The position numbers and the translations under genes were made by a program. A stretch of 19,366 nucleotides of DNA, from assembly GCA_048939245.1 (NCBI GenBank), contig JBHLPR010000039.1, forward strand, positions 1 through 19,366, read 5' to 3'. Below the pieces are notes generated by a model. It had not been told where the DNA came from. It worked only from the letters and a program-made list of their open reading frames with translations, and searched no databases. Of this stretch, positions 1 through 9,179 are shown piece by piece. This DNA comes from Promethearchaeota archaeon. Lineage in GTDB: Archaea > Asgardarchaeota > Hermodarchaeia > Hermodarchaeales > Hermodarchaeaceae. Position 1 is the first letter of the stretch. Every line of letters begins with the position of its first letter.

Positions 1-75
1 ATGATTATGCACTTCCTAGTTACTCATTCGTAAGTCGTTTACCTATTTGTGATTAACCTGTAAAAAATGGCATCG

Positions 76-2349
76 TTAAGGGGGTTTCGAACTACTCACA
101 GGAAGGTATACTAAAAACACCGTACCTTTTTCGTAATGGCCTGGGACCCGGTCCTGCACGGCAACCCAGCCCCCAAAGGCTTCACTTAAAGCACGTACAA
201 CTGAAAGCCCTAATCCGGTTCCATGAGCGCTGTCCATATAGCGATTGAATAGTTGGGCTTTACGCTCAGGAGAAATTCCCCGTCCAAAGTCGATTATTTG
301 AATTTCCCACCATGGTCTATCGCGATTTTCCAGGTGTTTTATTTTTACTTCAATCTCCTTTTTGTCATTTGAATATTCTATAGCATTGCGGATGAGATTT
401 TGAAAGAGGTCAACTAACAATAGATTTGCATCAGCATAGCACTGGCCCTCGCTTCGGTTACATTTCAAGGTGAAATCGTCGTCTCCCAAAGCATGGGTAA
501 CTTGGTCGAACGCCAGGGTGATATATGTCACCAAATCGAGTGGTTTGAAGGTGGTTGAAGGCATCTGTTCAACCTTTCCTAGGCGACGGACGTTTTTGAT
601 GAGGTGATCTGCTCGTGAGAGGCTTTGATGGATCTGTTCTAATGCTTGAGCATGGATTTCTTCAGGTACATCTTCTAGCTCAATGAGTTCTAATGATGTC
701 AAGATGGCTTGGTGATAGTTGCTGATATCATGAGCGAGAATATCGGCATAGAGGGTTGCTCGTTTTTCGGTTTCTTCTGTGGTTCTTAGGGCTCGTAAAT
801 AGGCGATACCAAAGATGATAGGGACAACCATCAATCCTCCTAAGATGAGGAATTCCGCTGCCCACCAACCCCATTCCCACATTAAGAAGATGCTTTTCAA
901 CATACCTGGAATGATCCAAAGCATAAGAAAACTCAATCCCAAAATCTCGATAGTGATTGTGCCTCGGGATTCCTGTAAATAGTAATAACCTAGGATGCTA
1001 AAAACAAACACATTAAGAAAGCTGAAACAGATAAGAATTATTCGATCAAGTGGAGAGGCAAAGGAGGCAGGATTATTCACCAATAACCAATTTTCAGCAG
1101 TAATGCTGATTACAAGCGCAACCACGATTCCCATGATGCCAATAACTATTCGGGCGATAGGAAGATCGGATTTCGTGGTTTTAGGTGGATGCTGTTTCCA
1201 GTAGAGCGCAGCAAGGAGCAGGACAAAGACCATCAAATATCCAACGATGTAGGGAACAAGTGATTCTTGGTAAAGTGAGAAAACGGGTCCAAGCACTAAA
1301 AGAAAGACATCAACGATAACCCAGGTCGCAAAAGCGAGCATTAAGGGAATGAAACTTCGGGTAAATTTCTGTTTCGAATACATATATAGTAGAAGGGCAA
1401 TTCCTACCGATATGATTACAGCACCTGCTCGAATAAGCAGGTATAATTCATAGCTGATCATCGAAACGGAATAAAAGAACTCGAGAAAAAATGCCACACC
1501 GAATGGTAAGATGACGAATAAATTAAGAATGAACGCGTATCGGAAGGAATTTTTTGTGCTCATTCCTGTAGATCGGAAATGGGGGATTGAAATCCCAAGA
1601 TTGAGGGATACAAAACCAAATAAAAGAAAGAGAATCGCTATGAGCCAGACTTGATACAGCGTTATTATGGAAATGAGGTAAAACGGAACTCCGAAAAGGA
1701 ACAGAAAAAACGCATTAACAAGCCAGAACTCATTATAATTTTGTCGTAGCTTATCCGAGTGTACAATGAAATAGATTAGAGCTGCGGCAATGCTAATGGT
1801 AGCAATAGTAAGATAAGTACCCATTGCATCGAGAACGAGGGGCGGAAGTAGAGGTAAGACTTCAAAATAATAGAAAGTATAGCTTGCTAAACTACCAATT
1901 ACTATGATCCCTCCGATGATCCGTGAGTCTTTAATTGAAACGGGTAAATCATGATACAATTGTAAAAAGATAGACGAAGCGATGAGTGCTAAAAAGATAA
2001 TGACCTCGATGATATTACCCACAAGCCTGTAGGGCACAAGGTATGATCCTGGTGAAATGAATCCGACTATGAATAGCACTGCTGCAATGAGATGTAAGAG
2101 TCCTAGAAATAAAAAAGCTGAATAAAGAATAACATTCGAAAGACGAAATTTTTTTCGTGAACGAAGAATAGCTACTGCACAACCTATCAGTGCAAGTAAA
2201 CCAAGTAAAACTTGAATAGAGATATTCGTGTTGGGACGAGACCAGCTGATTTGGGGTAACAGGAACAGGCCAATAACAGCCATTGTGAATGTTAGGATTT
2301 GATTTATCCCAATTCGAACAGCTATTCGATTCTCTGGTTGTGCTTCCAT
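76..2349 (-). CDS. Membrane-bound sensor histidine kinase (about 16 TM helices + HisKA + HATPase_c)
   Basis: 757-aa ORF. H-box LAHDISNYHQ, N-box LFQNLIRNAIEY, G1 DFGRGI, G2 GTGLGL. The N-terminal ~520 aa is a run of hydrophobic helices. Confidence 0.95.
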   Translation of the reverse strand: MEAQPENRIAVRIGINQILTFTMAVIGLFLLPQISWSRPNTNISIQVLLGLLALIGCAVAILRSRKKFRLSNVILYSAFLFLGLLHLIAAVLFIVGFISPGSYLVPYRLVGNIIEVIIFLALIASSIFLQLYHDLPVSIKDSRIIGGIIVIGSLASYTFYYFEVLPLLPPLVLDAMGTYLTIATISIAAALIYFIVHSDKLRQNYNEFWLVNAFFLFLFGVPFYLISIITLYQVWLIAILFLLFGFVSLNLGISIPHFRSTGMSTKNSFRYAFILNLFVILPFGVAFFLEFFYSVSMISYELYLLIRAGAVIISVGIALLLYMYSKQKFTRSFIPLMLAFATWVIVDVFLLVLGPVFSLYQESLVPYIVGYLMVFVLLLAALYWKQHPPKTTKSDLPIARIVIGIMGIVVALVISITAENWLLVNNPASFASPLDRIILICFSFLNVFVFSILGYYYLQESRGTITIEILGLSFLMLWIIPGMLKSIFLMWEWGWWAAEFLILGGLMVVPIIFGIAYLRALRTTEETEKRATLYADILAHDISNYHQAILTSLELIELEDVPEEIHAQALEQIHQSLSRADHLIKNVRRLGKVEQMPSTTFKPLDLVTYITLAFDQVTHALGDDDFTLKCNRSEGQCYADANLLLVDLFQNLIRNAIEYSNDKKEIEVKIKHLENRDRPWWEIQIIDFGRGISPERKAQLFNRYMDSAHGTGLGLSVVRALSEAFGGWVAVQDRVPGHYEKGTVFLVYLPVSSSKPP

Positions 2350-2476
2350 GCTCGTTCTATCCCCAAAGACTGTAACCCATTAAACCGAGTTCCTTTCAAT
2401 CCGCAAGCAAGTTCAATAATTCTAAGTCGAGCTTTGATTCTGTCATTTTAAAGCTACTCCAAATTAGATTCTATTA

Positions 2477-2571
2477 GAGGATTTTCTACAAAATCCTCAA
2501 AAAGGCGCTTTGAAATTCTTTACTTTCTTGAACCATCGATTTCAAAGTTTAACCTAGAAATAGCGCCTTTT
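2477..2571. promoter_or_regulatory. Inverted repeats in the divergent kinase/HEAT intergenic region
   Basis: Perfect 9-bp stem GAGGATTTT-ctac-AAAATCCTC (2477-2498). AAAAGGCGCT (2500-2509) pairs with AGCGCCTTTT (2562-2571), with inner TTGAAAT/ATTTCAA. Function not determinable from sequence. Confidence 0.45.
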
Positions 2572-2673
2572 AGAAAAATTGTTGCAAAACGGTGGAGCAA
2601 ATCTCACAGTCATACAGATTTTTACCCTTTCAAACCTAAGGTAATCCGATGGTAAATCTTTGAGGTTGGCATC

Positions 2674-3162
2674 GTGAGCAGCCAGAAGAAAATTGAACAA
2701 TTGGCCAAAATTCTGCAAACCCATCCTGATCCAAAAGAGCGGGCTCGTGCCGTCTTAGAACTGGGTGCCATGCGAAATGGACCTGCATATGAGGCGCTTG
2801 GCATTGCGATGCTTGACAGCTCTCCAGATGTCAGAAAAGCTGTCGTCCAATCTTTTGAGGAGGTGGGTGCAGATTGGGTGCTGGCACCAGTTCTCATTCG
2901 ATTACGCAGCAATGATCCAGGGGCACGAATGGTTGCTTGTCGAGAACTAGGTCGTCTCGGTGATACTGAAGCCGTCCTTCCGCTGATTAATCGACTAAAT
3001 GATGCGAATTTTCAGGTCCGAGTTGCAGCCGCGTACGCGTTGGGCCAGCTGGGTGATACACGGGCCATTGAGCCTTTGCAGCAATTAATGCGACGGGCGT
3101 TGAACATGTCAATGCGCCAAGCCATTCAACGGTCTCTGTCATTGTTAATGCAAAAGACGTAA
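2674..3162 (+). CDS. HEAT-repeat (PBS lyase-like) protein
   Basis: GTG start after GAGGT. Repeated HEAT_PBS motifs (ERARAVLELG, VRKAVVQSF, ARMVACRELGRLGD, VRVAAAYALGQLGD.RAIEPL). Confidence 0.92.
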   Translation: MSSQKKIEQLAKILQTHPDPKERARAVLELGAMRNGPAYEALGIAMLDSSPDVRKAVVQSFEEVGADWVLAPVLIRLRSNDPGARMVACRELGRLGDTEAVLPLINRLNDANFQVRVAAAYALGQLGDTRAIEPLQQLMRRALNMSMRQAIQRSLSLLMQKT

Positions 3163-3274
3163 AATACCTAGACTCAGACGCCTCGGCTTATTCGTTTCTC
3201 TGAATGCATGATTCGGAAAGCATAAAGCACGCAAAAGTAACGGGGGAGTAAAAATTCGGATTGAGTGAAGGGGG

Positions 3275-5314
3275 TTGAAGAAGAATCTAATTTTGTTGGT
3301 ACTCCTTTTTTGCATAATGGGAACTCCGCTCTTGAATTTAACTACCATAACTTACTTGCGAGGGACACAACTCACTGCAGTTTTAAATACACCAAACAGC
3401 GATAACATTTTTGATAAAATAGAACTCAATCCTACAACCTCAAACGATCTTCTCGTAAATGAGAACGCTTCTGATGCGAAACCGATTCCAGTTCCCGCGA
3501 TAATTGATCAGGTTTCATTTTCAAGTTATCAGACTTATCTAACTCATTTATGCAATAATATCGGGAGTCGAGTTTTTCCCTCAGATGGGAATATGGAAGC
3601 AGCCGAATTCATTGCTGACCAATTCGAATTAGCAGGGCTTGAGGTTATGTTCCACGAATTTATCTCTGGTGGACCAAATGTGGTAGGAATTCTCCCTAGC
3701 GGTAGTGTTCTCAATAATCAATGCATTGTGGTGGGAGCACACTTTGACACTATTCCGGGAAGCTCCGATGGAGCTGATGATAACGGATCCGGGGTCGCCG
3801 CCGTTCTAGAAATTGCACGGGTTCTTTCACAATATCAATACAACTATACCTTCTACTTTGTCGCATTCAATGCGGAAGAAATTGGATTACATGGAAGCCA
3901 AGCCTTTGCCCAATATCTCCAAAATAAAAGCATTCCCGTGGCTTGTGTCTATAACTTTGATATGATCCTCTGGGATAACCCGGAAGCACCTGCAAATGCA
4001 AAATATGAAATCATTCATAACGGGGGGGCAAGCGAAGCAATTGCCCTCCATGCCGCCAACATCGGCATTGAAAATGGATTTCCTGTTATTGCTAGTTACG
4101 GACCAGGAATGTGGATGAGTGATCAGGCCTCCTTTTGGGATTATGGCTACCCTGGCGTGTGGTTCTTCGAATCTGCTGGCCTGACTAACCCCTGGATCCA
4201 TTCTGCAGCTGATACCCTATCCCGCCCTGAGTACTCTATTGAATTAGGAGTTACAGCCACTAAAAATGCCGCAGCCGCGCTCGCAGATTTTGCAAAACCT
4301 GTATCTACTGCGACAGGATTTCCACACGCCTCGTTTGTATCGCCAACACCAATAGATTTTGTTCCACCAAAAGCGAATATTCCTCTGGTTATAGAAATCA
4401 AGGATGCATATAATGATGTAAATCACGTTGAACTATCAATCAACGATGAGCCCCTGATCGACATCTCATCCGGATTAAATGCCACTCATTGCACATACTT
4501 GTGGAATGCTACAAATTACTACGGTACTACAAATATACACGCCCGCATCTACGATGCCGTAGGATGGTGCACTAGTACAAGCCACACACTACTCATCGAT
4601 AAAGGACTTCGTCTTGACATCACTTCACCTCAGCCAGGAGAGCAAATCTCCCAAGGTACCCAGTATACAATCTGGATAAATGCTTCCGACCTTGATAGCC
4701 CTCAATTAGCCTATGTGCTTGTCAACGTGAATAACACAGAATGGGAATATGCTATACAACAGACACACAACCAACGCTACTATTACAACTGGACTGTAAC
4801 AGGTGGAGGACCGCTCTCTATTCAAGTCCGAGCACGAGATTCCAATGGCTTTACAAACACCTCCATCGTTGAGGTTTATGTAATCCGTTACCCTCCAGTT
4901 ATTGAGGAGGTCACTATCTGGCCGAATCAACCACAACATACCGACCTAGTTCAAATATCTGCCCGAATTATTAGGAACCCCTTGGGAGCAGAAATCTACA
5001 CTATTTTAGTTGTCTATAGCGTGGATAATGGAAGCTGGAAGACTCGACGATTGCTCCCCTCCGAGGAAGATATCTTTATGGAAATGATTGGACCATTCCC
5101 CATTGGATCCTCCATACGTTTCTATATTGAAGCACAGGATTGGAATAATAACGTTGTACAAGACACCCGTGATGAGTTATATTATCGCTTCGTTGTGACT
5201 GCAAATCCAACTAATTACATACTCATTGGTAGCCTTAGTGTGATTACCTCCATAGTGATTATGAGTGGATTCGTCATTTGGCGAAGAAAACGAAAGCAAA
5301 CTGAAGGCATCTAA
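3275..5314 (+). CDS. Secreted, C-terminally anchored M28-family metallopeptidase with Ig-like domains
   Basis: Signal-peptide-like N-terminus. M28 motifs GAHFD, GADDNGSG, FNAEEIGL.GS, NFDMI, SDQ and IHS..DT. Beta-rich Ig-like repeats (FVSP.., ITSPQPGE..). C-terminal TM helix followed by RRKRK. Confidence 0.93.
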   Translation: MKKNLILLVLLFCIMGTPLLNLTTITYLRGTQLTAVLNTPNSDNIFDKIELNPTTSNDLLVNENASDAKPIPVPAIIDQVSFSSYQTYLTHLCNNIGSRVFPSDGNMEAAEFIADQFELAGLEVMFHEFISGGPNVVGILPSGSVLNNQCIVVGAHFDTIPGSSDGADDNGSGVAAVLEIARVLSQYQYNYTFYFVAFNAEEIGLHGSQAFAQYLQNKSIPVACVYNFDMILWDNPEAPANAKYEIIHNGGASEAIALHAANIGIENGFPVIASYGPGMWMSDQASFWDYGYPGVWFFESAGLTNPWIHSAADTLSRPEYSIELGVTATKNAAAALADFAKPVSTATGFPHASFVSPTPIDFVPPKANIPLVIEIKDAYNDVNHVELSINDEPLIDISSGLNATHCTYLWNATNYYGTTNIHARIYDAVGWCTSTSHTLLIDKGLRLDITSPQPGEQISQGTQYTIWINASDLDSPQLAYVLVNVNNTEWEYAIQQTHNQRYYYNWTVTGGGPLSIQVRARDSNGFTNTSIVEVYVIRYPPVIEEVTIWPNQPQHTDLVQISARIIRNPLGAEIYTILVVYSVDNGSWKTRRLLPSEEDIFMEMIGPFPIGSSIRFYIEAQDWNNNVVQDTRDELYYRFVVTANPTNYILIGSLSVITSIVIMSGFVIWRRKRKQTEGI

Positions 5315-5352
5315 AAACAGTTTCAAGTCAAACGGTTTCAATTCAAGGTTTC
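5315..5352 (+). repeat. Short degenerate tandem repeat (15-bp unit, ~2.5 copies)
   Basis: AAACAGTTTCAAGTC / AAACGGTTTCAATTC / AAGGTTTC immediately after the M28 stop codon. Confidence 0.5.
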
Positions 5353-5461
5353 TATGAGTAATTGATTAGGTTCTAAAAGTTGGATAAATTTGTATTTTTA
5401 TACAAAATCGCCTATACAGATGCCCACATTGTCACAAGTCTAACTACGACGGAAATGATGT

Positions 5462-6745
5462 GTGATGAGTAAGAAATCAAAAAAGTCGAAAAAGAAAGGA
5501 AGCAGTAGGCAAACCATACTCGCTGCTTTGGTATTGATTCTCATCATCACAAATGTCGTCACCCTCGTCTACTTTATGTTTGTTGATCCCTCCGTCCCAA
5601 TAGAAAATATACCCTTAGAGATCGGGGATGTGGCAGCAAATAGTCCATTATATCTGGGGAAACCGCTCACCTTGAAAGGCTACTATGTTATTAGTGCAGG
5701 TTACAACTTGTTGGTTTCACATCCTCTCTTGTTCTTCAACAACTCCCTCAACAATGACAATTATGTGATCCTGACTCGAGGAGTTACCGAACAGATGTCC
5801 CAAAGTTTTGGAAAACAGATCGCTGTGAAAGGCATCCTGGAAAGAGTGGACCCTGACCTTGGGACCCTGGAATTCAGCGTAGAGTCTTTTTTCGACATCT
5901 CCTCAATTGTAATGGAATTTGGTAGCTACGATGATGAATTGTTTTATCCTTATGACTACTTTGATTCTATTCCACACCTCTTTGATCCAAACCCTGAAAA
6001 ATACGCCGTACTATTTAGTGGGGGGATAAAGCCAGAGAAAGCACACTCGCGCTATTGGAATGACATCATTTACATGTATTTCATCCTCCAAATGCATGGA
6101 TACGAATCTGAAAATATCTATGTCATTTACAAAGATGGAATCGGTGAGGATTCCTATACTCCGGTCCATTATCCCGCCACCCATGCGTCGATGAATACTG
6201 TATTTAATTTATTGAGTCAAGAAATGGGAGCAGCAGACACACTCTTCTTCTACACAACGAATCATGGAGGAAGTGGGGGCATCAGTGTATGGGGTCCTAT
6301 GGATTCAAGTGGTGCTTTGACCCATTCCCAAGTATCAAATTGGCTTGATTCCATCACTTGTAGAAATATGATTATTGTAATGGAACAATGTCGTTCAGGA
6401 AAGTTCATTTCACATCTCAGCGCACCTGGACGCGTCATACTAACTGCATGTAAAGACGATCAAAGCTCCTATGGCTGTGATAAGGAAGGCAATTGGGATG
6501 AGTTTGTCTACCATTTCATGTGTGCCTTGGTGAGTATCCCCTGGAATGGCGATGATGTAACCGTTGATGCTGATCTCAATGTTGACGGACAAATCTCCAT
6601 GCGCGAAGCTTTCGTATGGGCTGCAGCCTTCGATAGCCGAGCTGAAACCCCCTGGTACAACGATAATGGAGATGGCTACGGATACCATGTCATGCAGGTC
6701 GCCTTCGGATCAGGTCCATGGTACGGAGATACGATATTTCTGTAA
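5462..6745 (+). CDS. Membrane-anchored C13-family cysteine peptidase (legumain/Gpi8-like, clan CD)
   Basis: Polybasic N-terminus + TM helix. KYAVLFSGG..RYWND..MY.IL..HGY..ENIYV matches the C13 N-terminal strand/helix pattern. Catalytic His in FFYTTNHGG, Cys in IVMEQCRSG, plus ILTACKDDQSSYG. The start may be ATG 5465. Confidence 0.88.
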   Translation: MMSKKSKKSKKKGSSRQTILAALVLILIITNVVTLVYFMFVDPSVPIENIPLEIGDVAANSPLYLGKPLTLKGYYVISAGYNLLVSHPLLFFNNSLNNDNYVILTRGVTEQMSQSFGKQIAVKGILERVDPDLGTLEFSVESFFDISSIVMEFGSYDDELFYPYDYFDSIPHLFDPNPEKYAVLFSGGIKPEKAHSRYWNDIIYMYFILQMHGYESENIYVIYKDGIGEDSYTPVHYPATHASMNTVFNLLSQEMGAADTLFFYTTNHGGSGGISVWGPMDSSGALTHSQVSNWLDSITCRNMIIVMEQCRSGKFISHLSAPGRVILTACKDDQSSYGCDKEGNWDEFVYHFMCALVSIPWNGDDVTVDADLNVDGQISMREAFVWAAAFDSRAETPWYNDNGDGYGYHVMQVAFGSGPWYGDTIFL

Positions 6746-6878
6746 AAAATCCATCAAAGATCATCTATTACTGTGTATAAAAAGAGGCAGTATCACTTTC
6801 TACAACTTTATTCATACAAAATGGAAAGATAATCGCATTTATATTCAAAGATTGTAGAATGGCGCCAAGGTGTTTCTA

Positions 6879-7475
6879 ATGACAGAAGAAGAAATGTCAA
6901 TTGAGAAAAGTTCTGAAGAAAAATTCTGGAGAAACTTGGCAAGACAATATTGGTATATCGCCGTAATTTTCGGTATAATCCTAGTCGGTGCCATTATTGG
7001 TTTCATTCTTACCTTAGACTGGTACGTAAAAGTTTCAGCAATCGGTGGCTTTGGTACCTGGACATTCAACGAATTTTCATTAGGAGAAGCTGTCCTATGG
7101 TGTCTCTTCTTTGTACTGTGGTTACTCCTATTCGTTGGGTTACCAACCATAGCAGCAGGAGGACTTGTCGCTGCTATTACGTGGTTTGTCGTTCTGCCTC
7201 CTGAAATCAAAGCAGAAATTAAGGCACAACCTAAGAGCGTAGCAGGTACAAAAGAAACCGGTGGTAGCGGAGGATTTAGCTTCCTACTCTTTATAGGCGT
7301 ATGCCTTAAAATCTGGCTTGATGGAAACTGGTTCACCAAATTTGCTAGCTTACCAATCGGTTATTTCATATACACATGGCTCTTTGTTCTCGTCTGGGCC
7401 CTAATCATCTTTGGAATACCAGCAGCTATCATAGGTCTAATCTGGTTTGCCACGAAGTATAAAAAAACCGCTTAA
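6879..7475 (+). CDS. Hypothetical integral membrane protein (about 4-5 TM)
   Basis: ORF 6870-7475. ATG 6879 preferred because an SD-like AAGGTG lies upstream. Several hydrophobic helices, no recognised family. Confidence 0.8.
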   Translation: MTEEEMSIEKSSEEKFWRNLARQYWYIAVIFGIILVGAIIGFILTLDWYVKVSAIGGFGTWTFNEFSLGEAVLWCLFFVLWLLLFVGLPTIAAGGLVAAITWFVVLPPEIKAEIKAQPKSVAGTKETGGSGGFSFLLFIGVCLKIWLDGNWFTKFASLPIGYFIYTWLFVLVWALIIFGIPAAIIGLIWFATKYKKTA

Positions 7476-7575
7476 TGAAATCAGATCAAAATCCTTGCAA
7501 CCTCATTCGAGTGTAGTCCTAGGCTACAGTGAAACAAAGGACTGAATGGTTGTCTAGTAAAAAATCTATACTTCA

Positions 7576-7597
7576 AAAACCAGGTCTTACTGGACTT
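7576..7597 (+). repeat. Intergenic direct-repeat motif, copy A (degenerate)
   Basis: AAAACCAGGTCTTACTGGAC-TT, 16/20 identical to copy E. Lies between convergent genes. Confidence 0.6.
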
Positions 7598-7607
7598 CTC
7601 ACCTCGA

Positions 7608-7670
7608 AGCCCCTAGTAAGATGCTTTCAACTTGTTCTAAATTGTTGAAATGTCTTAGAAAATAGGGGCT
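7608..7670. terminator. Long imperfect hairpin between convergent genes (possible terminator or structured element)
   Basis: Nested stems AGCCCCTA/TAGGGGCT, TAAGA/TCTTA and TTTCAAC/GTTGAAA, followed by CTGTTTTTT. Confidence 0.45.
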
Positions 7671-7719
7671 CTGTTTTTTATTCAATCTCACGACAGCACA
7701 CGGATATCTCTATCAACTT

Positions 7720-8337
7720 TCATTTTGGATATCCTACTGTCTGTGCGAATAATATACGCTGAGTAGGACGCAGATTGAATTCCTTTTCGATGCTAACTTT
7801 TTCACAATTATGAAACCATACTGCCAGCCCCGCTGAAGCAGCAAAAAGGTAGACGTTCTGAGCAATGAAGCCTGTATCTGTATAATAATAAGATTTCTGC
7901 ACTTCGGAGTCTCCAATGCTTGGATCCGGTTGGTTTGGTCCAAGATCATAGTGGGAAAGGTCTGCAACATAAAAGATATTTACTGGCGTGTTGCTTGTAA
8001 GGCGCGCTGCCCTACGGCTACAGGAGAATATACGAAAGTCCCCTGCAGAAATAGGAGTCAGTTGATGAGGAATAGCTTCATACAAATAGAGGCCATCCTT
8101 CAATGCTACGTAAAGATCAATTTCTTGAGAATTGCTTGCCGAAGGCGCTGTCCTTCCTGGCTTGTTAAAGCTGGTCTTCTGACGATTTACTCCAAAGGCA
8201 GCCCAGAGGAGGTTTGAAAGAAGCTGAAGTGGAAGCTCTCTCGAATCAATCTCTCGATTAGTCACCCTAAGCTGTAAAGCTTCCAATAAGGTTTTTCCAC
8301 CTTTTCTCTCAGGTTCTGGTAACATAATCGGTTCCAT
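7720..8337 (-). CDS. Nitroreductase family protein (SagB/ThcOx-like)
   Basis: I.LPEP...GG..L.EALQLR.T.R, LSNLLWAAFGVNR, RTAPSASNSQE and DTGFIAQNVYLFAASAGL, ending QTVGYPK. ATG 8337 chosen over 8370 because it follows an SD-like GGGTG and avoids overlap with the upstream gene. Confidence 0.92.
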   Translation of the reverse strand: MEPIMLPEPERKGGKTLLEALQLRVTNREIDSRELPLQLLSNLLWAAFGVNRQKTSFNKPGRTAPSASNSQEIDLYVALKDGLYLYEAIPHQLTPISAGDFRIFSCSRRAARLTSNTPVNIFYVADLSHYDLGPNQPDPSIGDSEVQKSYYYTDTGFIAQNVYLFAASAGLAVWFHNCEKVSIEKEFNLRPTQRILFAQTVGYPK

Positions 8338-8360
8338 TGTACACACACCCTTTCTTGTTT

Positions 8361-9179
8361 TTACTCCCATTTCCGGTAGACAGCTTCGATGCCATCACCG
8401 ACGACTTCAATGTCAGAAATCTCACCCATGCCCGCCTTATGGAGCCACCGAACATGATCAATGGCGTAGGGATCGATTCCAATACATCGCGCCGCAGTGG
8501 CATCTGCTGCGACCGGGTCAACACTTGCGATGATGGTGTCCATCTTTACAGGGGGCCCACTCCAAGGCCCAGGACCAGACTTGCCATAAAAGCCATCGAT
8601 CACACTAAGCGTGGGTGGGAGCGTCCTGCAAATATCATAGACGAAGTTACTTGTACCATATTGATGAAGGCCGTATTTGTTCTGGGTGGATAGCATCCCG
8701 AACATATTCTTCAATCCCATTGTAATAGTTGTATGTTGGAGTGTCTTCATTGATGGCACCGAAATGATCGCAGACTCGATGGCGAGACGGGCTACCTTAA
8801 AGGACTTTATCCCACGATGATTTTCTACCTTTAGTTCAACTTGATCGTCAAGCTTCCCCAAGTTGATATACTTGGAACCCAATCGTTCAATAACCGCCAT
8901 CATCCCCGTCTCAATGATCGCTTCGTCCGGCGAGGTGATTCCCCCCTCGGTCTCAACCACAATTACTTTCTTGTCTAGTTCCTGGAGCTTCAAAATCACA
9001 GCTTCCAATACGATGGGATCTGTGGTGATTCCGGTTTCAAATGTGTGGCTTGTGATAAGATTCGGTTTCACTAAAACTGTTTCATAGGGCTCAAGAGCTT
9101 CTCGGAACGGTATTAACTCCATAGCCCGAAAGACGGGTTTAACACTTCGTTCTCCCTTAACTACCGCTACCAATGACAT
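8361..9179 (-). CDS. DUF362 domain-containing protein
   Basis: VLVKPNL, TTDP, P.MKT..HT.ITMGLKNMFG, IDG..G..GPGP..G and ASVDPVAADA are typical DUF362 motifs. Confidence 0.9.
   Translation of the reverse strand: MSLVAVVKGERSVKPVFRAMELIPFREALEPYETVLVKPNLITSHTFETGITTDPIVLEAVILKLQELDKKVIVVETEGGITSPDEAIIETGMMAVIERLGSKYINLGKLDDQVELKVENHRGIKSFKVARLAIESAIISVPSMKTLQHTTITMGLKNMFGMLSTQNKYGLHQYGTSNFVYDICRTLPPTLSVIDGFYGKSGPGPWSGPPVKMDTIIASVDPVAADATAARCIGIDPYAIDHVRWLHKAGMGEISDIEVVGDGIEAVYRKWE

Noticed and set aside
2411-2426. Possible minus-strand copy of the repeat (reverse complement CTTAGAATTATTGAAC)
   Set aside because: Only 12/16 match to copy C in AT-rich DNA, and the conserved CC and the C of ACTG are missing.
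5315-5352. GTTTCAA-containing tandem as a CRISPR remnant
   Set aside because: 15-bp period with no spacers.
7524-7541. ORB-like sequence CTACAGTGAAACAAAGGA (replication origin)
   Set aside because: One base short of the TNCA-N3-GAAA spacing, no G-string, no clustered copies and no cdc6/orc1 gene in the window.
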